Positions 1 to 15,093 of a stretch of 47,911 bases of DNA are shown here, piece by piece. The translations under genes were made by a program, and so were the position numbers. The stretch is from Nemertoderma westbladi. Taxonomy: Eukaryota; Animalia; Xenacoelomorpha. Positions within the stretch are counted from its first letter, which is position 1; each line of letters begins with the position of its first letter. The stretch covers positions 1 through 47,911 of the forward strand of contig JAUCBJ010008886.1 of NCBI GenBank assembly GCA_032718475.1. Reading direction: 5' to 3'. The notes beneath the pieces are model-generated. The model saw nothing but the letters and a program-made list of their open reading frames with translations. It was not told the origin of the DNA and did no database searches.

Positions 1-678
1 GTTGGTGTTTGGTGGTGGAGATTTTTACTGTAAAATATATATATTAAATTGAAGGGGGAAGAAATTTATGAATATTTTTTTTTAAAATCAACAACTAGTT
101 TGAGGAGGGAAATTAACTTCAGTAGTGCGATTGTTTCTTGTAACACTCAAGTAGGCATAGTATACTCAGCAGCCGCGGCTAGCTAACTTGGCATTGTAGC
201 TCACGAGTGAGCCACAATAGCGCATCTGTTACTTATGAGTATGCGAGTATACAGCAGGCAACGCTAAGCTCGGTGAGAAAAGATTAGGGGTATGTGCTGA
301 TATTCATAGTCAAAGACGATGCCATCCTATCTGTTACTAGTCTGTATACCGGTACATATCATTAAAACATCCGCTATGCATCTCCCTACATTCAGAATAG
401 AACAACGATCAGGGCATATATCGCTAATCCGCATGGGAAAGGTTTATGTTATGCATTTTGTTAACTATGAGAATTTTGTAATGTACACATCTGCGACCCT
501 CTACAAAAATATATATAAACTCAATTTTTCTGACAGTGTGAACTATAATTTTGTTAAACAAAAGAAAAAAAATATCAGTAGGCTTACGGTACCTATTCAA
601 TTTAAAGATACTCTTTCTAGTACCGGTACCTAGTTACGACGACGACAACGACAACTTACCTCAACTGTCAACTCGAAG

Positions 679-1065
679 ATGACATTCGCCTTTTTCAATA
701 ACCGTGATTTGAAAAGTAGGATAAAAATCGAATTACAATCATGCGATGAAACGTATCTCACTGCATCAAATATTGCTGAGATGGAGTTACGATATATGAA
801 CAAAAAATTCGAGATTGGATTCACTTCGATAGAATATGAAGTTGGTCAAGTACAGGTAGATGGTCTACCTTTATCCCCTACAACAGTTGAAATTTCAAAA
901 GATTTCTCGCTAGTTATAAAGATACAACCATCGCGAATATCGGGAAGCTCAGCTTCTAACGAAAATTGGGAGAATGATAGAGATGACACACTTCACTTCA
1001 ATATACCAACGCAAAGACCGGTAATGGAGGAAACTCTACAGGAGGACTCACATATAGGACTATAA
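679..1065 (+). CDS. hypothetical 128-aa ORF, no recognisable domain
   Basis: ATG-started ORF with protein-like composition in AT-rich DNA; no motif recognised. Confidence 0.2.
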   Translation: MTFAFFNNRDLKSRIKIELQSCDETYLTASNIAEMELRYMNKKFEIGFTSIEYEVGQVQVDGLPLSPTTVEISKDFSLVIKIQPSRISGSSASNENWENDRDDTLHFNIPTQRPVMEETLQEDSHIGL

Positions 1066-1930
1066 AAAGTATAGACCTAATACAGTAATAAATTTAGGGT
1101 TGTTGTTATTGTTATTGTTAGGCCTATCAGTTATTGTTATAAATTTATTAAACATAAATAAATTAACTATGTTTTATATAGTCCCCCGTCAACATAGAGT
1201 GAATGTTAGTAACAGAGAATGGGGTGGATTTTATATAGGCTTAGTTAGGTATACTGCGGGCCACACCTATTGTATCCGCGTGGAGCCATTATATGACTGG
1301 TTGAATGATGGGGTTCCTGACTAAAAGTTAACGGTATAGCATACAACATAAAGTGAATGTTGAAAGTTAGTAACAGAGAGTGCGAGGGGATTTTATAGGT
1401 CCAATAGCGCTACTGGTACCTAACTACACCTATTGTGTCTGTGAGGTAGTCAGCTTTCAGTTGAGGAGTAGTCATTAGGCCTATATGCCTAACCGAATGA
1501 AGGTGTACCTTACCTATCCGTAAACCATATTGGGTCAACATGCGAAAAAGGGCCCCGCATAAAGTTAACTATAGCTGTATAGGCTTACCTATGCAACAGT
1601 AGCACGCAGTAATGTAGATTAGACCAATTAAAGTTGTAAACAGAAAATTGGAAGCATTCAAGTGTAATAGCCTAATCCTTAAATCAAAGAAACCAGCATG
1701 CTCTTACGCTATCCAAGTATACAGGTACAAGAGTGCTACCGTGCCGGTACCAGTAGCCCTATTGTTAGGTAGGCCTCCTCTAATGCTGTATTCACAAACC
1801 CCGCATCTCAACTTAATTTAATTTTATTATTAGTAAGTACGGTACGCTAAAGCTCTGTGGTTGCTGTCGGGGGCCATTCTGTCGTTCTACAGTTAAACTC
1901 TGATACAACCGCCGGCTACCGGTAGGTGCA

Positions 1931-1976
1931 GGGTGTGTGTGTGTGTGAGTGTGTGTGTGTGTGTGTGGGTGTGGGG

Positions 1977-2054
<78 letters not shown>
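1931..2054. repeat. (TG)n microsatellite, tract 1 (imperfect 5' part)
   Basis: Dinucleotide run read directly. Confidence 0.97.
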
Positions 2055-2055
<1 letters not shown>

Positions 2056-2379
2056 GGCAAATATACCAAAGGGCTAACTTTGCAAGCTCTTTTTCCGCTA
2101 TTGTGCTAACTTTTCCAAAGTGCTAACTCAAAGTGCTAACTCGTGGTCCTTGCAATCTGAAACTTTGTCAAAACGTTTTTTAGACCATTTCCCACAAGTT
2201 AGCGTTTTGCCACTTTTGCAGTCCAGTGTGTCATGTGTATGAAAAACTTGGCCCCCCTTAGCGGCATTATGGGAATTGGTACTTTTCAAACACACTTAAA
2301 CACTCAAGAGTATGGAATGGCCATAATGCTAACTTAAAACACACTTCTTACACTTACATTCCATTTGTACCAACTACCA

Positions 2380-4085
2380 AGTGCTAAATGATTATAAGAC
2401 CGCAAATACCCTAATACGCTAACTCGCTGAATGTTAATTGCGAATACCCCTCCGTTTCGCGAATAGCCAATTGCACACGTAATTACCTAATAATAAAAGC
2501 GTTTGCACAAACTGCGGGAGCGCTAAAGTCTTAACTTATTACTTTTAGATAGTCTTTGAAAGTACTCTATACAAAGTCCTAACCCGATAACTGTGTATTG
2601 TCATGGAAACGTAATGGTTTCTTACCTGGACATCCATACAATGTATTTCAATTTATTGCACAGGCGACATATTATTATGTAGTGAGTGATTGCCGTGAAA
2701 TGGAAAACCTAGATATATTGACAATCGTTATTTCAAAATTCATCCGGTCTAATTGTTGAGATACCCCAAATTGAGGTTCTAAATTTGTGAAAATATTAGT
2801 GAAACAATTTTATGGTTAAAGAGAAAACTCTATTTGTTTTTATGTAGAGTAATGCGTAATTTTATTCCACAAAGTTGCCTTTTCTTTTATAGCAGGTAAA
2901 TTGCAATAATTAGTGTATTATAGGCGTACCTAAACGTGCGCTATTTTTATGAAAATTAACAACTTGTTACATTATGTCAACTTCTCGATGTGGTGATATC
3001 CTCGTAACGCAGCTAAGTAATAATCACTAACTTAGTAACAATAAACTTCTATAACAAATATTGATAGTATTTCCCATTACTGATAACCATTGATTGTAGG
3101 CGAAGTGTAAGTTTAGTTGATGTACCAACTGCAATTAATTGCATAAAAAGGATATGAATTTCATTAATATTCCTAAACATTACAATATTAACGCTAATAA
3201 TTAAGCATTCAGAACGCCCTTAAATTGACATAATTTAACAAAATGGCACCATTTTGTTAAAAGGGCACTGTCAACGTTTATGAATGAATGACCCTTGTAT
3301 ATTTATGGAAACATCCCTCGCCACCCTCGCTCGGTACATAAATACTGCTTATGTGAAACCTTTCACACAATCATGTAAAATAGTTATAGTTTTACTTTTA
3401 TCAATTTACAATATTTGCAGGAAAAAATAATACAATTCAATCATTATTTGTGTAACATCAGTTATAAATCGGTAAAATATGAAAGTTCCTTTACGTAAAT
3501 CATTACGTTGGTTTTTCTGACTTTTATTGTCTGCTATATTTTAATTTTTTTTACCTATTATAAATAATGTTTTTTACTTTCTCTCGTGTTATTTTAATTT
3601 TCGTTGATTAGTCAATCACACTTATATAAGACCGAAAATACCCTAATACGCTAACTCGCCGAATGTTGATTGCGAATACCCGGCTCCGTTTCGCAAATAA
3701 CCAATTTCACATCGAACACTTAAAAATAAAACCGTTTGCATAAACTCCGGGAGCGCTAAAGTCCTAACTTATACTTTCTTTTGAAAGTACTTTATACAAA
3801 GTCCTAACCCGATAATTTTGTATTGTCATGGAAACCTAATGGTTTCTTACCTGGACATTGACAACTAGTCTAATGAAACATAGGCAAACCGAAATTTATT
3901 CCCAGACTGAAACGAATAAGAATGGTGAAATGGAAAACTTACACATAGATAGACAATCGTTATTAGAATATTTCCTCGTTTCGTCTATTGTTGAGATATA
4001 ATAAAATACATAAAACACAAACTCAAACTGTGGCAAATTTAATTTGGGTTGTAAATTGGTGAAATTAGTTAGTGAAACAATAAAT
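2380..4085 (+). repeat. internal diverged ~0.45 kb direct repeat (~2380-2820 and ~3625-4085); also present in copy 2
   Basis: AAGACCG(C/A)AAATACCCTAATACGCTAACTCGC...GGGAGCGCTAAAGTC...TTCTTACCTGGACAT occurs twice. Confidence 0.8.
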
Positions 4086-4682
4086 ATAATATGCGTCAGA
4101 TTAATAATTAACAATTGTTAAAATTCAAAACAATTAAAATTCACTATAATGATAGTGTTGCGATATATGGCGTTGTGTACTAGAACAACCCATTATACAG
4201 TATAGAGTAATTTAGATAAGCCATAATGATGTACAGCCGTAATTAGATAAGGAAATAAGCAATTTTGGATTAAATTCATCAAAGTTATGAGGCAGGTTTT
4301 CAGTAACACGGATTTTGGGTAACAATCACTTTATTTAACACTTCTGAAATATTAGTAAGATAAAGTTATATTAAAATTATCTTATAATTGATTACTGAAT
4401 GGTTTACTGAAATAAAAATTAGATATTAGATAAATTAGATATAATCAAAACATGTTCCGTTCTGATGGAACTTTTTTTTAGATGTTCAACAAATTTATTT
4501 AACCATTTAAACTTCGGGATCCCGTTTCAAAAAAGTCGGAATCGGGATTCGATATTTCGCTGGGATCCCGGTTTTTCGGTTTTTTTTTAAACATTAGTGC
4601 ATTGATGAAGCCAGATTGTTTAAATATAAAATCGGATTTAAATAAAAAAATCTGATTTAAATAAGAAAAAAGTGATTTAAAT

Positions 4683-5064
4683 GGGTGACTACAAAACAAA
4701 GACCAAAGACCTAAATAATAAAGACCTACGTAATCTTGAAACATGTGTTAACTTTCGTTTATTGTTTTGGTTCTCCCAACAAGCCTCTGTAACATGCTCC
4801 TTTACTAACCTGTTCCATTAAATGGCAATGTAACCTAACGCTCTTTGACACCTGTACAAAACAAAGAGGTAAAGTCGCGTTACGTCCTAAAGGGGATTAG
4901 GTCCCATTGCCATATAGCGTTAGGTCCCATTGCCATTTACAGGAGCAGGTTAGTAAAGGAGCAGGTTACAGAGGCGTGTTTGGGGAACCAAAACAAAAAA
5001 CGAAAGTTAACACATGTGTTTCATACAGGTCTTTGTTATTTGGGTCTTTGCATTTTAGTCACCC
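4683..5064. mobile_element. Mutator-type MITE (long TIRs, 9-bp TSD), copy 1
   Basis: GGGTGACTA...TAGTCACCC with ~160-bp imperfect TIRs, flanked by GATTTAAAT at 4674-4682 and 5065-5073. Confidence 0.8.
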
Positions 5065-5109
5065 GATTTAAATGAAAAAAAATCTGATTTAAATCAAATA
5101 AATCTGATT

Positions 5110-6262
5110 TAAACAAAAAAAAATCTGATTTTTTTTATTTAAAAAAAAATTTGCTATATCATCCGCTTCTTCAAGGCCAGTGTCCTTTAAGATGCGTCTC
5201 AAGAAAGTCATGGTCTGTCCACCATGCTTATTCAGTCCATGAGACTGCCAAAGTAAAGTTTATGCACTGGCTGGTCCTCACGGTGAAAGCAATGTCCTGC
5301 AAAGCGGAGGCAATTTTGTTCTAGTATCAAGCCTGGGGGAACCAATGAGACACCTCCAATGTTATATAGTGTCTGGTTGGAGATGTGTGCATTGTACTTG
5401 ACACAATGTACCCGGTGTAGCATTCTTGTGAATGTGCCATCCAGAGATTTGGTGTCCTCAGCAGTTAGAGCCCAACATGGACTCCCATAGAGAGGTGCTG
5501 GAACTACTGCTGCTCTAAATAATCGGACCTTAAGTTTCCGATTAATTCTCGGTGACTTCCACATCCTGCAAAGCATATTCAAGGCTGCCCAATGCTTTCC
5601 CTTACGTATTCGAAGGACCTCATCTAACTTCTGGATCCATGATCCCAGGTAACAGAAGTCGTCCACATGCTCAAGCATACCATCCTTTGAGCTTATGCTC
5701 ATCCGATCAGAGACTTGCTGAGGACTTTCAAAGTTAACTGTCAAAAGTTTGGTCTTTCTGGAGTTAATAAAAAGACCAACACTAGAAGCAGCATGTTCTA
5801 ATGAGCTGAGGAGCCGTTGGGCTCCCTCTAGTGATTCTGGGAGTACTCCTAAGTCATCAGCAAAGTCTAGATCAGTTAGGTACTTGGCAGGATTTCCTCG
5901 ACTTCTGGAGCCAGTAGGTGGACTTATCAACACCCAATCATCATTATGATGATCTAAGGACGTGCGTAGAACATAGTCAACCACAATTATGAACAAGAAT
6001 GGTGCAAGTGTGTCTCCCTGGAGGACGTCCCATTACACTTCAAATGGTTCTCTGTCACCGTCAACAGTAGAGACAAATGTTGTCGAACCATCATCGTATA
6101 CTGATCTGATTGCTGCAATAATTTCATCAGGAATCCCATATAATGAAACTATGCTGAACATACCTGAGAGAGAGACTGAATCAAAGGCCTTGAAGAAGTC
6201 AACAAAGATAACAGCCAGATGCCTATCTTTCTTTTTTGATAACTCTTCAATTATCCTTCGGG
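5110..6262 (-). pseudogene. 5'-truncated RTE-clade non-LTR retrotransposon reverse transcriptase (RTE-A), copy 1
   Basis: Motifs VDFFKAFDS, QGDTLAP, TDLDFADDL, DFCYLGSWI, LYGS.CW.LT, LRFAGHC; frameshifted. Confidence 0.92.
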
Positions 6263-6392
6263 TATCCTATGGGCTCCATGGTCCCACGAATGCCGAATTG
6301 GCCGAATGCCAAAATAAGGATCACGAGACGAATTACAGAAATGATGAAATGTTTGATCCTGTTTAAACACTTAGTTAGTAGGCATACAAGTT

Positions 6393-6583
6393 GCAGTTAG
6401 GTGTATAATAATACTGTTCGGGGTTGCCGTTAGATCAACCTTAAATAGACCATGCAGTTAGGTGTATAATAATACTGATCGGGTTTGCAGTTAGCACAAC
6501 ATTAATTAGACCTTGCAGTTAGGTGTATAGTAATACTGTTCAGGTTTGCAGTTAGCACAACATTAATAGACAATGCAGTTAGG
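6393..6583. repeat. ~60-bp subterminal tandem repeat (~3 units), copy 1; equivalent at ~13130-13325
   Basis: GCAGTTAGGTGTAT(A/G)TAATACTG...GCAGTTAGCACAACATTAAT repeated. Confidence 0.85.
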
Positions 6584-6733
6584 GCTATGGTATATGTGTA
6601 GTCTTTACCACCCTTGTACTCTAGCGACCTTCCAGAGAATTTGTTAGTTAGGTGTATAGTTGATTTGCATGCGTCTGGAACAGTTAGCACTTTGGACGAA
6701 AAAGAGCACGTTAGCGTTTCGAGTGGTTTGCCG

Positions 6734-6852
<119 letters not shown>

Positions 6853-9620
6853 GGCAAATATACCAAAGGGCTAACTTTGCAAGCTCTTTTTCCGCTATTG
6901 TGCTAACTTTTCCAAAGTGCTAACTCAAAGTGCTAACTCGTGGTCCTTGCAATCTGAAACTTTGTCAAAACGTTTTTTAGACCATTTCCCACAAGTTAGC
7001 GTTTTACCACTTTTGCAGTCCAGTGTGTCATGTGTATGAAAAACTTGGCCCCCCTTAGCGGCATTATGGGAATTGGTACTTTTCAAACACACTTAAACAC
7101 TCAAGAGTATGGAATGGCCATAATGCTAACTTACAAACACACTTCTTACACTTACATTCCATTTGTACCAACTACCAAGTGCTAAATGATTATAAGACCG
7201 CAAATACCCTAATACGCTAACTCGCTGAATGTTAATTGCGAATACCCCTCCGTTTCGCGAATAGCCAATTGCACACGTAATTACCTAATAATAAAAGCGT
7301 TTGCACAAACTGCGGGAGCGCTAAAGTCTTAACTTATTACTTTTAGATAGTCTTTGAAAGTACTCTATACAAAGTCCTAACCCGATAACTGTGTATTGTC
7401 ATGGAAACGTAATGGTTTCTTACCTGGACATCCATACAATGTATTTCCATTTATTGCACAGGCGACATATTATTATGTAGTGAGTGATTGCCGTGAAATG
7501 GAAAACCTAGATATATTGACAATCGTTATTTCAAAATTCATCCGGTCTAATTGTTGAGATACCCCAAATTGAGGTTCTAAATTTGTGAAAATATTAGTGA
7601 AACAATTTTATGGTTAAAGAGAAAACTCTATTTGTTTTTATGTAGAGTAATGCGTAATTTTATTCCACAAAGTTGCCTTTTCTTTTATAGCAGGTAAATT
7701 GCAATAATTAGTGCATTATAGGCGTAATTCTAAACGTGCGCTATTTTTATGAAAATTAATAACTTGTTACATTATGTCAACTTCTCGATGTGGTGATATC
7801 CTCGTAACGCAGCTAAGTAATAATCACTAACTTAGTAACAATAAACTTCTATAACAAATATTGATAGTATTTCCCATTACTGATAACCATTTATTGTAGG
7901 CGAAGTGTAAGTTTAGTTGATGTACCAACTGCAATTAATTGCATAAAAAGGATATGAATTTCATGAATATTCCTAAACATTACCACATTAACGCTACTAA
8001 TTAAGCATTCAGAACGCCCTTAAATTGACATAATTTAACAAAATGGCACCATTTTGTGAAAAGGGCACTGTCAACGTTTATGAATGAATGACCTTTGTAT
8101 ATTTATGGAAACATCCCTCGCCACCCTCGCTCGGTACATAAATACTGATTATGTGAAACCTTTCACACAATCATGTAAAATAGTTATGGTTTCACTTTTA
8201 TCAATTTACAATATTTGCAGGAAAAAATAATACAATTCAATCATTATTCGTGTAACATCAGTTATAAATCGGTAAAATATGAAAGTTCCTTTACATAAAT
8301 CATTACGTCGGTTTTTCTGACTTTTATTGTCTGCTATATTTTAATTTTTTTTACCTATTATCAATAATGTTTTTTACTTTCTCTCGTGTTATTCTAATTT
8401 TCGTTGGTTAGTCAATCACATTTATATTCAATTTGTACTAAGTGCTAAATGATTGTAAGACCGAAAATATTGATTGCGAATACCCCTCAGTTCCGCAAAT
8501 AACCAATTTCACATCGAACACAAAAATAAAACCGTTTGCATAAACTCCGGGAGCGCTAAAGTCCTAACTTATACTTTCTTTTGAAAGTACTTTATACAAA
8601 GTCCTAACCCGATAATTTTGTATTGTCATGGAAACCTAATGGTTTCTTACCTGGACATTGACAACTAGTCTAATGAAACATAGGCAAACCGAAATTTATT
8701 CCCAGACTGAAACGAATAAGAATGGTTAAATGGAAAACTTACACATAGATAGACAATCGTTATTGGAATATTTCCTCGTTTCGTCTATTGTTGAGATACA
8801 GGTATAATAAAATACATAAAACACAAACTCAAACTGTGGCAAATTTAATTTGGGTTGTAAATTGGTGAAATTAGTTAGTGAAACAATAAATATAATATGC
8901 GTCAGATTAATAATTAACAATTGTTAAAATTCAAAACAATTAAAATTCACTATAATGATAGGCTGATCAGAGTAACTTAAACCCACATAAATAATCCCCT
9001 TGAGTGAATTCTATCCGCGTAGGAGAAATTAAATATAAAAATGTTAATTATGCGATCATTTTAGAAATTTTGATCTTATGAAAAGATAATGAAAGGAGTC
9101 ATAGTGAAATTCTCATATTAAAGCAACGTTTCAAAACCAATCCGGATAATTCTAAAGTGCCTGGGGAAAATAAATTAACACAGTCCAAGAATTGGAGCCG
9201 CACCTAACTAATATATCATGGACACTGATAAAACACAAGATATACTGTACTGTATAATAATTTTGATGAAAAATATGAAGCATTAGTTGCATCATTAACT
9301 GAAATATGACTCATCTCATTGCACTGATTCAAATGAATAGCCTTGAATTATTATATAGGAGCTACGGCAATTTTGATATTTTGTATCTCTTAGAATTTTC
9401 CCAGGAGTCTTTTTCCCAAGTTTTGTTTTGAATCCGTTACTGTGAAATAATGATCCATTACCAAATTTAATATAACATTCCCTTGCAATAAATAGACCTA
9501 TAAACTGATCTGAAATTTTCAACACCATGTTTCATATCGTCACTATTGTAATCTTTGACAAGTTTTTCTGATAAATGAAAAATCAGGTATCCCGAATGCC
9601 AACTAGCTAGGATCGGCTAG

Positions 9621-9696
9621 CTAGCAGCTGCATTTTTTAAAATGCTGTGCCGGCTTGTCGACAAAATTGCGCCGCCACAACTCCCTATCACCCATG
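9621..9696 (-). pseudogene. displaced C-terminal stub of RTE-A
   Basis: Reads MGDRELWRRNFVDKPAQHFKKCSC*, continuing ...DDLANVMG across the CACCCATG TSD; matches the RTE C-terminal M.DR..WR motif. Confidence 0.8.
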
Positions 9697-10071
9697 CAGG
9701 GTTGTTTGAATTAAATCATTTGATTTAAATCATTGATTTAAATCATGATTTAAATCACATATAAAAATAAAAAAAAATCAGATAGTTTTGATTTTTGTAA
9801 AATCAGGAATTTTATCAATCATGCTTTAAGGCCAGGATAAACATTGCATTACTGATTATTAATAAATGATTCAAATTACCTAAATATTTACATGAAAATA
9901 CAGTATCATCTCGCATTTCCAATACCATACAGTATTCACAGGCCCATTAATTAAGTTGTACTTTAGAGTTCTATTCAGTTTGTTGTTTATTTAGTTTATA
10001 TTCGAATGCGTAAAATGCTTGAAATTCTAAGAGCTTATGGAATACCATAAGTAATTGTTGCTGGCATTGGA

Positions 10072-11052
10072 TTGTTGTATTGTGACACAGAAGCGCAGGT
10101 ACTCTCACCAGATGGTGAAACTGAGTTTTTCTCAATCCTGGCTGGCGTACTGCAAGGTGACACATTAGCACCATTACTATTTGTAATTGTGCTGGATTAC
10201 GCAATGAGGACGGCCACAAAGGGTGAAGACCTGGGATTCACACTTCAAGAACGCAGAAGTAGTAGATATCCGGCAACTACAGTCACAGACACCGACTTTG
10301 TGGATGACATCGCCCTGCTCTCTAATACCCTAGCAGATGCACAGCTTCTACTAAATAAAGTGGAGAGGGCTGCTAAGGAGGTTGGATTGCATATAAATTC
10401 TACAAAGACCGAATTCATGACCTTTAATGTTGATGGAAACTTGACAACCATTGATAATAATCAACTAAGGAAGGTCGATGACTTCCAGTACCTTGGATCA
10501 TGGATAGAGAGTAGCAAAAAGGACATAGAAGTTAGGAAAGCAAAGGCTTGGGTAGCTCTATCAAAAATGGATACCATCTGGAAATCAGATCTCTCCAGGC
10601 ACCTGAAGACTAAGTTCTTTCGAGCCACAGTGGAAAGTGTATTTTTATATGGGGGTGAGACCTGGACACTGACTAAATCACTTGAACAACGAATTGATGG
10701 TTGCTACACAAGACTACTAAGGTCAGCCCTAAACATCAGCTGGAGACAACACATGACAAACGCCGAGCTTTATGGTACAATGCCACCTGTATCAACCACC
10801 CTCCGTGAACGCAGATTAAGATTCAGTGGGCACTGCTGGCGAAGTAAAGACGAGGTCATATCAGATCTACTTTTCTGGCAACCAACTCATGGAAAGCGTA
10901 GTCGTGGACGACCGGCCATAACATATATAGATCAACTTGAAAGGGATACTGAACTTGGGAGAAACGAAATTGCGACAACTATGGAGAATCGGGAATCCTG
11001 GAAGGATCTCATTTCCACTGTCTGAGTTCGCTCGACCTAGTAGTAGTAGTAG
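10072..11052 (+). mobile_element. 5'-truncated RTE-clade LINE (RTE-B) with open RT C-half and (TAG)n tail
   Basis: ORF 10072-11025 has SPDGETEFF, GVLQGDTLAP, DTDFVDD, DFQYLGSW, LYGGETWTLT, RLRFSGHCWR and RGRP motifs; short 3' UTR ending in (TAG)5. Confidence 0.93.
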
Positions 11053-11415
11053 TTTCAGTAACACTCACTTTATTTTACACTTCTGAAATATTAGTAAGAT
11101 AAAGTTATATTAAAATTATCTTATAATTGATTACTGGATGGTTTACTGAAATAAAAATTAGATATAATCAAAACATTTCCGTTCTGCTGGAACTTTTTTT
11201 TAGATGTTCAACAAATTTATTTAACCATTTAAACTTCGGGATCCCGTTTCAAAAAAAGTCGGAATCGGGATTCGATATTTCGCTGGGATCCCGGTTTTTC
11301 GGTTTTTTTTTAAACATTAGTTCATTGATGAAGCCAGAAGTCTTCCGATTGTTTAAATATAAAATCTGATTTAAATAAAAAAATCTGATTTAAATAAGAA
11401 AAAAGTGATTTAAAT

Positions 11416-11797
11416 GGGTGACTACAAAACAAAGACCAAAGACCTAAATAATAAAGACCTGCATAATCTTTGAAACATGTGTTAACTTTCGTTTATTGTT
11501 TTGGTTCCCCCAACAAGCCTCTGTAACATGCTCCTTTACTAACCTGTTCCTTTAAATGCAATGTAACCTAACGCTCTTTGGCACCTGTACAAAACAAAGA
11601 TATAAAGTCGCGTTACGTCCTAAAGGGGATTAGCTCCCATTGCCATATAGCGTTAGGTCCCATTGCCATTTACAGGAGCAGTTTAGTAAAGGAGCAGGTT
11701 ACAGAGGCGTGTTTGGGGAACCAAAACAATAAACGAAACTTAACACATGTGTTTCATACAGGTCTTTGTTATTTGGGTCTTTGCTTTTTAGTCACCC
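11416..11797. mobile_element. Mutator-type MITE, copy 2
   Basis: Same TIRs and GATTTAAAT 9-bp TSD (11407-11415, 11798-11806). Confidence 0.8.
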
Positions 11798-11902
11798 GAT
11801 TTAAATGAAAAAAAATCTGATTTAAATCAAATAAATCTGATTTAAATAAAAAAAATCTGATTTTTTTTATTAAAAAAAAAATCATGACTTTTATCAACCC
11901 TG

Positions 11903-13001
11903 CACCCATGACATTTGCTAGATCATCCGCTTCTTCAAGGCCAGTGTCCTTTAAGATGCGTCTCAAGAAAGTCATGGGCTGTCCACCATGCTTATTCAGT
12001 CCATGAGGCTGCCAAAGTATAAGTTTATGCACTGGCTGGTCCTCGCGGTGAAAGCAATGTCCTGCAAAGCGGAGGCGATTTTGTTCTAGTGTCAAGCTTG
12101 GGGGAACCAATGAGACACCTCCAATGTTATATAGTGTCTGGTTGGAGATGTGTGCATTGTACTTGACACAATGTACCCGGCGTAGCATTCTTGTGAATGT
12201 TCCATCCAGAGATTTGGTGTCCTCAGCAGTTAGGGCCCAACATGGACTCTCATAGAGAGGTACTGGAACTACTGCTGCTCTAAATAATCGGACCTTAAGT
12301 TTCCGATTAATTCTCGGTGACTTCCAAATCCTGCAAAGCATATTCAAGGCTGCCAAATGCTTTCCCTTACGTATTCGAAGGTCCTCATCTGACTTCCGGA
12401 TCCATGATCCCAGGTAACAGAAGTCGTCCACATGCTCAAGCATACCATCCTTTGAGCTTATGCTCATCCGATCAGAGACTTGCTGAGGACTTTCAAAGTT
12501 AACTGTCAAAATTTTGGTCTTTCTGGAGTTAATAAAAAGACCAACACTAGAAGCAGCATGTTCTAATGAGCTGAGGAGCCGTTGGGCTCCCTCTAGTGAT
12601 TCTGAGAATACTCCTAAGTCATCAGCAAAGTTTAGATCAGTTAGGTACTTGGCAGGATTTCCTCGACTTCTGGAGCCAGTAGGTGGAGTTATCATCACCC
12701 CATCATCATTATGATGATCTAAGGACGTGCGTAGAACATAGTCAACCACAATTATGAACAAGAATGGTGCAAGTGTGTCTCCCTGGGGGACGTCCCATTA
12801 CACTTCAAATGGTTCTGTGTCAGCATCAACAGTAGACAGAAATGTTGTCGAACCATCGTATACTGATCTGATTGCTGCAATAATTTCATCAGGAATCCTA
12901 CGTGAGCGAGAGACTGAATCAAAGGCCTTGAAGAAGTCAACAAAGATAACAGCCAGATGCCTATCTTTCTTTTTTGATAACTCTTCAATTATCCTTCGGG
13001 T
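11903..13001 (-). pseudogene. 5'-truncated RTE-clade RT (RTE-A), copy 2
   Basis: ORF 11769-12761 carries FADD, YLGSW and RLRFAGHC; its last ~45 aa are read-through into the hAT element. Confidence 0.92.
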
Positions 13002-13473
13002 ATCCTATGGGCTCCATGGTCCCACGAATGCCGAATGCCAAAATAAGGATCACGAGACGAATTACAGAAATGCTGAAATGTTTGATCCTGTTTAAACACT
13101 TAGTTAGTAGGCCTACAACATGAATAAACCATGCAGTTAGTCGTATAATAATACTGTTCGGGTTTGCAATTAGCACAACATTAATTTGACCATGCAGTTA
13201 GGTGTATAATAATACTGTTCGGGTTTGCAGTTAGCACAACATTAATTAGACCTTGCAGTTAGGTGTATAGTAATACTGTTCAGGTTTGCAGTTAGCACAA
13301 CATTAATAGACTATGCAGTTAGGGCTATGGTATATGTGTAGTCTTTACCACCCTTGTACTCTAGCGACCTTCCAGAGAATTTGTTAGTTAGGTGTATAGT
13401 TGATTTGCATGCGTCTGGAACAGTTAGCACTTTGGACGAAAAAGAGCACGTTAGCGTTTCGAGTGGTTTGCCG

Positions 13474-14993
<1,520 letters not shown>

Positions 14994-15093
14994 CTGAGAT
15001 ATAAAAAAATAGATTTTCATGTTTTTATTATTTTTATTGACATTAAAACAATTATATTATCCCATCACATTACATTACATGCTTAGAGTAAAC

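Larger units (their letters stand above)
9697..11902. mobile_element. hAT-type non-autonomous element (8-bp TSD) inserted in RTE-A
   Basis: TIR CAGGGTTG...CAACCCTG; TSD CACCCATG at 9689-9696 and 11903-11910; many subterminal GATTTAAAT repeats. Confidence 0.85.

Noticed and set aside
121-1065. AGTAGT at 121 as the second Maverick terminus, with ORF 679-1065 as a Maverick gene
   Set aside because: Sequence after AGTAGT does not match the reverse complement of the 24579 end, and the 6-bp flanks differ (AACTTC vs GGCGTT)
1190-1510. Degenerate ~170-bp direct repeat (GTTAGTAACAGAGA...CACCTATTGT)
   Set aside because: Only two diverged copies with no termini or coding signal; no function can be supported
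5552-6366. Plus-strand ORFs overlapping RTE-A (also 12317-13095)
   Set aside because: Antisense shadows of the RT coding frame
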